Notes under the pieces: model-generated
Told to the model about the DNA's origin: nothing
Seen by the model: the letters and a program-made list of their open reading frames with translations, nothing else
Database searches by the model: none
Part shown: positions 56,815 through 64,000 of the stretch, piece by piece
Position numbering within the stretch: position 1 is the first letter of the stretch
Layout of the letters: every line of letters begins with the position of its first letter
Made by a program: the position numbers and the translations under genes
Assembly: GCA_964489425.1 (NCBI GenBank)
Contig: CAZAYP010000001.1
Location: 80,171 to 144,170 of the forward strand
DNA length: 64,000 bases
Reading direction: 5' to 3'
Source: an uncultured Verrucomicrobiota bacterium
GTDB taxonomy: Bacteria > Verrucomicrobiota > Kiritimatiellia > RZYC01 > CAZAYP01

Positions 56815-57582
56815 TTAATCGGGGGTGACCGGGGTGGGTTTCGGCCGGGGCGGAAACTCCACGCTGTACACCACGTTGACCACTTCGATGTCGCGCAACA
56901 CGTAGTCCACGTTCACGTCCTGGATGGATTGGCCCGTGCCCGCGCCCCCGGTGGGATCGGAGTTGATGTACTTGTTGGGATACAGGTTGTAGGCCAGCGG
57001 GCGCAGGTTCTCGAGCGCCTCGTCAATCGTGCCGAACTTGATGTCCATGCTGCGCAGCACCGCCACGTAGGAGCGCGGATCGTCCGGGTTCTGGACCTGG
57101 CCCGTGAGGCGCAGCGCCTGCACCAGCACGCGCGCCAGGTCGGCCAGGGTCACCAGCTTGTACGGCTGCCAGCCGTCGGCCGGCTCAATCCCATTTACCA
57201 GCAAGGCGTTGACGCACTGGATCACGGTCGGATTGGGCGGCAAAAACGGGGCCAGCCCAAGGCGGAACACCAGCAGGCGGACAAGGTACGCCTGGTTGGC
57301 GGTTTCGCCGGTCGGGTCCGGCGGCGCGCCGTCCTGGCCGGACAACCCGGGCTCTTCCTGGACCGCCTCGTCAGCCGCCGGGGCTTCCGGCGCCGGGGCT
57401 TCTTCCGCGGGCGGCGTAGCCGCAGGGGCTTCCTCGGCCGGCGCGGTGGGCTGCTCGGCCGGCGGCGCATCCGTGGCGGCCTTGCTCTTTTTGAAACGTT
57501 TTTCAGCCGCCAGCGCCGCGGGCACGCTCATGCCGATCCCGATGAGCAACGCCAACAACGCCAAACCCATCTGTTTTTTCAT
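56815..57582 (-). CDS. Secreted hypothetical protein with Pro/Ala/Glu linker and SLH-like helices
   Basis: Signal peptide. ANQAYLVRLLVFRLGL and VTLADLARVLVQALRL resemble SLH helices. RBS-like AGGGAGGG upstream. Confidence 0.6.
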   Translation of the reverse strand: MKKQMGLALLALLIGIGMSVPAALAAEKRFKKSKAATDAPPAEQPTAPAEEAPAATPPAEEAPAPEAPAADEAVQEEPGLSGQDGAPPDPTGETANQAYLVRLLVFRLGLAPFLPPNPTVIQCVNALLVNGIEPADGWQPYKLVTLADLARVLVQALRLTGQVQNPDDPRSYVAVLRSMDIKFGTIDEALENLRPLAYNLYPNKYINSDPTGGAGTGQSIQDVNVDYVLRDIEVVNVVYSVEFPPRPKPTPVTPD

Positions 57583-57779
57583 GGTTGCGCCCTCCCTTTC
57601 AATCGTTGGTCCCTGTCGCCTGGTTGTCTGGACTGCCTGTTCTCATACCTTGAGTTAAGACGGATAACACGCGCAACGCAAAGGGGTCAACATAAAAACC
57701 GGCAAAATAATCGTCGAAAAGCCGACCATTGCCAGCCGCCGGCCGGGCGTGGTAGGGTCCTGCTAATCATAGGAACTCG

Positions 57780-58823
57780 ATGAAGAAAACCTCGTTTACG
57801 TTCCCCTTGACCCCCGCCCAGCAGGCGGCGGCGCAACAGTTGCTGCGATCCGGAAACTACCCCCCGGTGGCGGTGCCGCACAGCATCGTGGGCGTGGAAG
57901 GCCCCAACTGCCGCATCACCCTCTTCAAGAGCGGCAAGCTCCTGGTCCAGGGCCAGGGCGCCGAGGACTGGGTGCTGTTCGTCCTCGAACCCCAGGTCAT
58001 CGGCCAGGCCAAGGTGGGCTACGAAGACATCCTCAACCCCACCCTCGCCACCCCCCACTGCGGCGTGGACGAGAGCGGCAAGGGCGACTTTTTCGGCCCG
58101 CTGGTCATCGCCGCGGCCTACGTGGATGAAGAGCTGTTGCCCAGGTTCCAGACCCTGAACGTGCGCGACAGCAAGACCATCACCAGCGACGCCAAGGCCG
58201 AGTCCATGGCGCGCGAACTGCGCCACCTGCTGGGCCGCCGGTTCGCCGTGGTCACCATCGGCCCCGAGGCGTACAACCGGCTGTACGCCCAGATGGGCAA
58301 CGTCAACCGCATCCTCGCCTGGGGCCATGCCCGGGCGATCGAGAACATCCTCGAGGCCGTGCCCGGCTGCCCGCGCGCGGTGTCCGACCAGTTCGGCCCC
58401 ACGCGCCAGATCGAGCAGGCGCTGCTGAAAAAAGGCCGGCGGATCAAGCTGGAGCAACGGCCCAAGGCCGAGTCGGATCCCGCCGTGGCCGCGGCCTCGA
58501 TCCTGGCGCGCGCCGGGTTCCTGCAGGCGCTGCGCAAGCTGCGCGAGGATTTCGCGGGCTGCACCTTCCCCAAGGGCGCCTCGCCCGCGGTGAAGACCGA
58601 GGCCGGCAAACTGATCGCCGCCCACGGTCCGGAAATCCTGGTGCGCACCGCCAAGTGCCATTTCCGCACCGCGGACGAAGTGCTCGCCACCGCCGGGCAC
58701 GCCCGCGCCGTCCTGGGGCCCCTGGGCGCGGCCAAGTCCAAGACGCCGTCCGGATCGTTCCACCGGCGGCCCGCGCGGCCGGCGGCGGAGGATGGCGGCG
58801 AACCCGGCGCCGGACCCGCCTGA
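57780..58823 (+). CDS. rnhC: Ribonuclease HIII
   Basis: N-terminal TBP-like domain (FKSGKLLVQG). GVDESGKGDFFGPL, VRDSK, SDQF, KAES..AVAAASILAR, KCHFRT. Confidence 0.93.
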   Translation: MKKTSFTFPLTPAQQAAAQQLLRSGNYPPVAVPHSIVGVEGPNCRITLFKSGKLLVQGQGAEDWVLFVLEPQVIGQAKVGYEDILNPTLATPHCGVDESGKGDFFGPLVIAAAYVDEELLPRFQTLNVRDSKTITSDAKAESMARELRHLLGRRFAVVTIGPEAYNRLYAQMGNVNRILAWGHARAIENILEAVPGCPRAVSDQFGPTRQIEQALLKKGRRIKLEQRPKAESDPAVAAASILARAGFLQALRKLREDFAGCTFPKGASPAVKTEAGKLIAAHGPEILVRTAKCHFRTADEVLATAGHARAVLGPLGAAKSKTPSGSFHRRPARPAAEDGGEPGAGPA

Positions 58824-58827
58824 CGGT

Positions 58828-58939
58828 TTTTCCAAACATTGGAAAATCCAAGGGGCGTTTTTCCAAACATTGGAAAAATGGGCCCCCGGTTTTCCAATCC
58901 TTGGAAAAAGCAGCCGGAAATTTTCCAATGTTTGGAAAA
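58828..58939. repeat. Four 19-bp palindromes TTTTCCAAnnnTTGGAAAA at exact 31-bp period with unrelated 12-bp spacers
   Basis: Units start at 58828, 58859, 58890 and 58921, with centres ACA, ACA, TCC, TGT. Confidence 0.92.
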
Positions 58940-58945
58940 CTGCGC

Positions 58946-59821
58946 TCAGGGCGCCAGCAGGTCGATGGATCGGCCGGCGCGCCAGTGGGCGGCGATGGTG
59001 CGGATGGTCAGCGGGTTGCAGGCCGAGTCCGGCAGGCCGAGACCTTTGAGCACGGCCGCGGCGAGTTCGGCCGGCTTGGCGGCGGGCTGCAGCCGCGCCT
59101 GTTTGATCACCCGGTGGTGCACCTGGCGCACGTAGTGCAGGCCGCGATCAATGGCCGCGCCGATCTCGGCGCCGCGCCGCGGCTCATCCCACGCGGAGAG
59201 CAGGACCTGGACGTCCGCGAGCGCGCGCAGCTTGCGCAGCGTGGCGATCAGCGCGGGCACGTCGTCGTAGATGGGCATGCCGCCGGGCATGGGGATGGTA
59301 TCGCCGCAAAACAGCGCGCCGTCCGGCTCGAAAAAAAGCGCCGCGTGGCCCGGGGAATGGCCGGGCGTATGGATGACGCGCAGGCTCATTCCCGGCTCGA
59401 GCTCCAACATTTCGCGATCGGCCAGCCGGACATCCAGCGCCACGGAACCGGCCACCAGATGATCAAACCCGGGCACGGGGCGGTCGCGCTGCTGGCGGGC
59501 AAGGTCGGCGATCCAGTCCGCGTCGGCGGCGTGCGCAGCCACGCGGCAGGCCGGAGCCAGGCGCTTGAGCTCCGCGGCCGCGCCGATGTGGTCGGGGTGG
59601 GCATGGGTGAACACCATCCAGCCGAGGTCGGCCGGGCTGCGCCCCATTTCCTCCAGCGCGTGGCACACCATGCCCGCGCCGGCCTTGACGCCGGTGTCCA
59701 CGAGGTGGACCTGGCGGCCGCACAGGAGGTACACGTAGACCCAGCGCGCGAGGGTCTCGCCGGCAGGTGTATGGATCTCGAACGGGATTTTCAGCGCGTG
59801 GATGCGGGGCGTGATTTGCAT
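58946..59821 (-). CDS. MBL-fold metallo-hydrolase
   Basis: LVDTG, THAHPDHIG, HTPGHSPG, FCGD. Confidence 0.9.
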   Translation of the reverse strand: MQITPRIHALKIPFEIHTPAGETLARWVYVYLLCGRQVHLVDTGVKAGAGMVCHALEEMGRSPADLGWMVFTHAHPDHIGAAAELKRLAPACRVAAHAADADWIADLARQQRDRPVPGFDHLVAGSVALDVRLADREMLELEPGMSLRVIHTPGHSPGHAALFFEPDGALFCGDTIPMPGGMPIYDDVPALIATLRKLRALADVQVLLSAWDEPRRGAEIGAAIDRGLHYVRQVHHRVIKQARLQPAAKPAELAAAVLKGLGLPDSACNPLTIRTIAAHWRAGRSIDLLAP

Positions 59822-59831
59822 CTGCCAGCGC

Positions 59832-62800
59832 TCACGCCTGGGTCACCGGCGCCGTGGCCGGGGCCGTCGCGACGCCGGCGCCGTCCGCCTTGGTTTCGCC
59901 GCCGAGGGCCGGGAACCGTTCCTGGATGGCTTCCATGTAGAGGTAGATGCCGGGGGTCACAAAGAGGGTGATGACCTGGGCGAACACCATGCCGCCGACC
60001 ACGATCAGGCCCAGCGGGATGCGCGAGGAGGCGTCCGCGCCATACCCCAGGGCAATCGGCAGGGTGCCGAAGATGGTGGACATGCCGGTCATGAGGATCG
60101 GCCGGAAGCGGATGAGGCAGGCGTTGTAGATGGCGTCGAACGCGCTTTTGCCCGTGGCCTTTTCCTCGATGGCAAAGTCCACCATCAGGATGCCGTTCTT
60201 GGCGATGATCCCCAGCAGGGTGAACATGCCGATGTAGGCGTACAGGTTGAGGGTGGAGTTGAACAGCAGCAGGGTCAGCACGCCGCCGAACGCGCCCACC
60301 GGCAGGGTGGTGAGAATGGTGAACGGGTGGATGTAGCTTTCGTAGAGGATGCCGAGCACGATGTACATCAGGAAAATCGCCACGCCCAGCATGACCACCA
60401 GGCCCTGGATGGCCTCCTCGAATTCCTGGGCCTGGCCCTGGACCTGGCCGGTGACCTCGGGCGGCAGGATCTCCTGCGCGGCCTTGTTCAAGGCCTTGGT
60501 GGCGTCGCCCAGCGGCACCTTGGGATCGATGTTGAACGAGATCGTCGCGGCATCCATCTGCTGCAGGTGGGGCACATTCTGCGGGCCGACGTCGGGCACC
60601 ATATCCACGATCGAGGCAAACGGCACCAGCTTCTGGGTGAGGCTGGAGCGCAGGTAGAGCTTGTTGAGGTCCGGCGGCAGGCGCTGGTCTTTTTTCAGCA
60701 CCTCCAAGTCCACGTCGTACTGGTCCGAGTCCGTGGAGAAAATGGTGACCCGGCCCTGGGCATAAGCCAGCGCCAGGGTGGTCTCGATCTCCTGGGCGGT
60801 GATCCCCAGGGTGGAGGCCCGGTCGCGGTTGAGGTTCACGTTCAACTGGGGCAGGTTCAGCTTGACGCTGGTCTGGATGCCCTGGAACCCGGGCAGGGTG
60901 TACATCCGCGCCTGCAGCTTGTCGGCGGTGGCGTAGAGCACGTCGCGGTCGCTGCCGCGCATGGTGTAGGAATAGTTGGCGCCCGAGGCGGTGGCCTCGC
61001 CGCCGGTGCTGAGCTTGAGCACGGCGATCGGCTGCATGAACACCATGCCGTTGGGCAGCATGTAGAACTGGGCGTTCAGCGCGTTGGCCACCTCGTCGAT
61101 CGGCGGCCGCTGATCGCGCGGCTTGAGGCAGACGATGATGTAGCCGCTGCTCTGGTCAGCGCCGGGGCTGGTCCCGGTGATGGTGGCGCAGTTGGCGATG
61201 TTGGTGTTCTGCATCAGGAGCGCCTGCACGCGGGTCTGGTACTCCTGCATCTGCTCCGACGAGGCGCCCAGGGGCGTCATGATCACGCCGAAGATCGTGC
61301 CGCTGTCGCCCGGCGGGATGAAGTCCTTGGGCAGGATGCTGAAGACCAGCCCCGCGCCGCCGATGCACACCACCCAGGCCACGATGGCCAGCCAGCGGTG
61401 ACGCAGGGTCCAGTGCAGCGCCACGCCGTACCGGGCGATCAAGGCGTTGATTACCTTGTCGATCACCTTTTGGAACCGGTTCTTCTGGCCGCCGGTGTCC
61501 TTGAGCAGGCGCGAGCACATCATCGGCGTGAGCGAGAGCGCCAGCAGGGTGGAGGCGATGATCGCGAACACCGCGGTCAGGGCGAACTCCTTGAAGTTGC
61601 GGCCCACGACGCCGGGCATGAACACCAGGGGCACGAACACGATGATCAGTGCCACGCTGGTGGAGATCACCGTGCCGGTCAGCTCGGTCATGCTGCGGAT
61701 CGCCGCCGGGATGGGTTTGAGGCCGTGCTCGATGTGGCGCACGGTGTTCTCCAGCACCACGATCGCGTCGTCCACCAGGAACCCCACCGACAGCACCAGG
61801 GCCATGAGCGAGAGCGTGTCGAGGCTGAAGTTGGCGATCTGCATGATGATGAACGTGGTCAAGAGCGCGATCGGCAGCACCATGCTGGGGATGATCGTCT
61901 CGCGCACGCGGCCGAGAAACAGGAAGATGATCAGCACCACCAGGCCGATGGCGATGAGGATCGTGGTCTGCACGTCGTCGATCGACTCGACGATCGGGCC
62001 GGACCCGTCGTACATGATGTCCAGGTGCACCGAGCCCGGGATCTCCTGGCGAATCTTGTCCACCTCGTTGCGGATGTTGCGCGCCAGTTGCACCGTGTTG
62101 ACCCCGGACTGGCGCGAGATGGCCAGGCAGATGGAGTCGTAGCGCACCAGGTTCTGGGGCGGGAGGCCGTAGCGGGTGTCCATCTGGTCGGAGTCCAGCG
62201 AGTCGATGCAGTTGGCGATGTCGCCCATGCGCACCGGCGCGCCGTTGCGGTAGGCCACGATCACCGGCTCCCAATCCGCCCCATGCTGGAGCTGGCCGAA
62301 AGGCTGGATGGAATAGGTGTGGTACTTGCCGTTGAGGCTGCCGCCCGGCACCTGCACCGTGCCGCTCTGGATCGCCTGGGAGATCTCCGCCAGGCTGATG
62401 TCATAGGCGGCCAGCTTTTCCGGATCCACCTGGATGTGGATGGCGCCCTTGGATCCGTAGATGTTCACCTGCGAGACGCCGTCGATGATGTTGATGCGCT
62501 TGGCGATCATGCGGTTGGCATAGTCGTAGAGCTGGCCCAGCGTCAGGGTGTCGGAGCTGACCATCAGGTACATGATGGGCTTGTCCGAGGGGTTGGTCTT
62601 GCTGTAGGTCGGCTGGCTGGGCAGGTCCGGCGGCAGCAGGCTGGAGGCGCGCGAGATCGCCGCCTGCACGTCCGGGGCCACGAGGTCGACGTTCTTGTTG
62701 ATGTCGAACGTCAGGGTGATGGTGGTCGACATGAACCGGTTGTCGGAGATGATCGACTGCAGCCCGTTGATCTGCATGCACTGGTTTTCCAGCGGCGTGG

Positions 62801-62990
62801 CCACGGTCGAGGCCATGGTTTCCGGGCTGGCGCCCGGGTAGCTGGCGGTGACCGTGATGACCGGGTAGTCCACCGTCGGCAGGCTGCTGACCGGCAACTG
62901 CAGGTAGCAGTAGACCCCGAAGACGCTCACCACCACCATCAGCAGGGTGGTCATGATCGGCTTGCGGATGAAGAGTTCTGGCAACGTCAT
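59832..62990 (-). CDS. RND efflux permease (AcrB/MdtBC family)
   Basis: FIRKP, LPTVDYP, GFLVDDAIVVLEN, LYESYIHP, KNGILMVDFA, RFRPILMT. Confidence 0.95.
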   Translation of the reverse strand: MTLPELFIRKPIMTTLLMVVVSVFGVYCYLQLPVSSLPTVDYPVITVTASYPGASPETMASTVATPLENQCMQINGLQSIISDNRFMSTTITLTFDINKNVDLVAPDVQAAISRASSLLPPDLPSQPTYSKTNPSDKPIMYLMVSSDTLTLGQLYDYANRMIAKRINIIDGVSQVNIYGSKGAIHIQVDPEKLAAYDISLAEISQAIQSGTVQVPGGSLNGKYHTYSIQPFGQLQHGADWEPVIVAYRNGAPVRMGDIANCIDSLDSDQMDTRYGLPPQNLVRYDSICLAISRQSGVNTVQLARNIRNEVDKIRQEIPGSVHLDIMYDGSGPIVESIDDVQTTILIAIGLVVLIIFLFLGRVRETIIPSMVLPIALLTTFIIMQIANFSLDTLSLMALVLSVGFLVDDAIVVLENTVRHIEHGLKPIPAAIRSMTELTGTVISTSVALIIVFVPLVFMPGVVGRNFKEFALTAVFAIIASTLLALSLTPMMCSRLLKDTGGQKNRFQKVIDKVINALIARYGVALHWTLRHRWLAIVAWVVCIGGAGLVFSILPKDFIPPGDSGTIFGVIMTPLGASSEQMQEYQTRVQALLMQNTNIANCATITGTSPGADQSSGYIIVCLKPRDQRPPIDEVANALNAQFYMLPNGMVFMQPIAVLKLSTGGEATASGANYSYTMRGSDRDVLYATADKLQARMYTLPGFQGIQTSVKLNLPQLNVNLNRDRASTLGITAQEIETTLALAYAQGRVTIFSTDSDQYDVDLEVLKKDQRLPPDLNKLYLRSSLTQKLVPFASIVDMVPDVGPQNVPHLQQMDAATISFNIDPKVPLGDATKALNKAAQEILPPEVTGQVQGQAQEFEEAIQGLVVMLGVAIFLMYIVLGILYESYIHPFTILTTLPVGAFGGVLTLLLFNSTLNLYAYIGMFTLLGIIAKNGILMVDFAIEEKATGKSAFDAIYNACLIRFRPILMTGMSTIFGTLPIALGYGADASSRIPLGLIVVGGMVFAQVITLFVTPGIYLYMEAIQERFPALGGETKADGAGVATAPATAPVTQA

Positions 62991-63008
62991 GGCAAGGTCT
63001 CCGGGTTG

Positions 63009-64000
63009 TTACGGTTGCGCCGTGGGCTGGCGGCGGCCCTGCTGGCGGCGCTCCGCGCGCGCCTTGCGCCGCTCGGTGTAGCTGTTGCGCTCAGCGGTTG
63101 ACGTGGCCGCCGACTGCACGGTGGCTGGCGGCTGCACGGTGGCCGGCGGGCTGGTGGGCGCCGCGGGCGGGGCCAGGGTGGCCGTGGGCGCAGCGGCCGG
63201 CGGGACGGCCGTGGCAGCCGCGGTTGTGTCAGGCGCAGCCGCGGCAGGCGCGGCACCGGCGGGCGGCGTCACCATGACCGTGGCGCCGGGATACAGGCCC
63301 ATCTGGCCCAGGGTGACGACCCGCTCCCCGGCCTGCACGCCCTGGGAGATCACGACGTTGTCGCCCTGCAGCAAGCCGGCGGTCACCAGGCGCAGGCCGG
63401 CAGTCATGTTTTGATCCACCACGTACACGAAGGCGCCATCCTTGCCCAGGGTCACCGCGCCCTCGCTCACCAGCACGGCGGCCTGGAGCGTGCCCAGGAT
63501 CAGGCGCACGTCCACGAACTGGCCCGGCCACAGCTGCCGGTCCGGATTGGGCGTGGTGGCGCGCAGGGCGATCATGCCGGTGTCCTGGTTCACGGCGTTG
63601 TCGATCAGCGCGACCGTGCCGCCGAACCAGTTGGTGACGCCTTCCACGCCGTGCACCTGCAGTTGGATGGCCAGCGGGCCCAGCGCCATGGCGGCGCGGA
63701 TGTCGTCGAGGTACGTTTCCGAAAGGGTGAAATCGACATACAGCGGGTCCATGGTGCGAATATTAACCAGCTTGCTGCCGCCGACAGACACGTAGTTGCC
63801 CAAGTCCACCAGCCGCTTGCCGGTGACGCCGTCCACCGGGGCGGTGACGTAGCAGTAGGCCAGGTTGATGCGCGAGGCGTTGATCTGGGCCTCGTCCGCC
63901 TCCACCTTGGCGCGCGCGGCTTTGTAGTTGCTCTCGTAGGTGTCAAAGCTTTGCTGGGAAATAAGGTTCTGTTTGACCAGCGTCTTGTTGCGCTCGAAGT
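63009..64000 (-). CDS. RND periplasmic adaptor subunit (5'-truncated by the window end)
   Basis: ISQQSFD, APVDG..G.RLVD.GN, IDNAV...TG, LWPGQFV, GERVVT.GQ. Frame runs to the window end. Confidence 0.9.
   Translation of the reverse strand, partial: FERNKTLVKQNLISQQSFDTYESNYKAARAKVEADEAQINASRINLAYCYVTAPVDGVTGKRLVDLGNYVSVGGSKLVNIRTMDPLYVDFTLSETYLDDIRAAMALGPLAIQLQVHGVEGVTNWFGGTVALIDNAVNQDTGMIALRATTPNPDRQLWPGQFVDVRLILGTLQAAVLVSEGAVTLGKDGAFVYVVDQNMTAGLRLVTAGLLQGDNVVISQGVQAGERVVTLGQMGLYPGATVMVTPPAGAAPAAAAPDTTAAATAVPPAAAPTATLAPPAAPTSPPATVQPPATVQSAATSTAERNSYTERRKARAERRQQGRRQPTAQP

Noticed and set aside
57744-57760. ops/JUMPStart element (GGCGTGGTAG) near the locus start
   Set aside because: It does not match GGCGGTAG and is on the strand opposite the polysaccharide operon.
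58828-58939. CRISPR array
   Set aside because: The repeats are only 19 bp and the spacers 12 bp, the repeat centres vary, and there is no leader or cas gene in the window.
59802-63101. 1099-aa plus-strand ORF and other long antisense ORFs (e.g. 6291-8867, 43631-45628, 50684-53236, 53330-55330, 55723-57783)
   Set aside because: These are shadow ORFs opposite well-supported genes, expected in high-GC DNA. They show no recognisable motifs.
1-64000. tRNA, rRNA, IS transposase, integrase or prophage genes
   Set aside because: None was recognised by eye and nearly all sequence is accounted for by protein-coding genes. tRNAscan/Infernal were not run.

Overview
GC-rich bacterial DNA. The gene content (choice-of-anchor-Q beta-helix proteins, RNase HIII, ThyX, TTCCAAnnnTTGGAA repeats) suggests a PVC-superphylum organism such as Kiritimatiellae/Lentisphaerae; this is inference only. 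The left ~17 kb carries small plus-strand operons: two paralogous secreted beta-helix proteins, neuC with two multidomain glycosyltransferases, a MurC/Mpl-like ligase, rfbF/C-methyltransferase/rfbC, thyX/rubredoxin/LptF-G, and a DprE1/DprE2-like pair with FapA. The centre (17.8-57.6 kb) is a ~40 kb, ~35-gene minus-strand Wzx/Wzy surface-polysaccharide locus. It encodes an export module (beta-barrel, Wzc, Wza, ligase-TPR) and a GbsR/MarR regulator with a candidate operator. It also encodes an unusual nucleotide-sugar pathway: SIS isomerase, domain-swapped HldE-like kinase/nucleotidyltransferase, two DegT aminotransferases, SDRs, a TPP-dependent E1 alpha/beta pair, Zn-ADH, HisF without HisH, an amidotransferase and a CBS-nucleotidyltransferase. 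Many glycosyl- and methyltransferases and a B12 radical SAM enzyme follow. The right end holds rnhC, an MBL hydrolase and an RND pump. Three non-coding or mobile-looking structures stand out: a GxxExxY nuclease-like gene bracketed by 28-bp inverted repeats in a REPIN-like layout, four 19-bp palindromes at an exact 31-bp period, and a 135-bp nested-hairpin element. No rRNA, tRNA, CRISPR or transposase was recognised. All calls come from reading motifs by eye; no database search was run.
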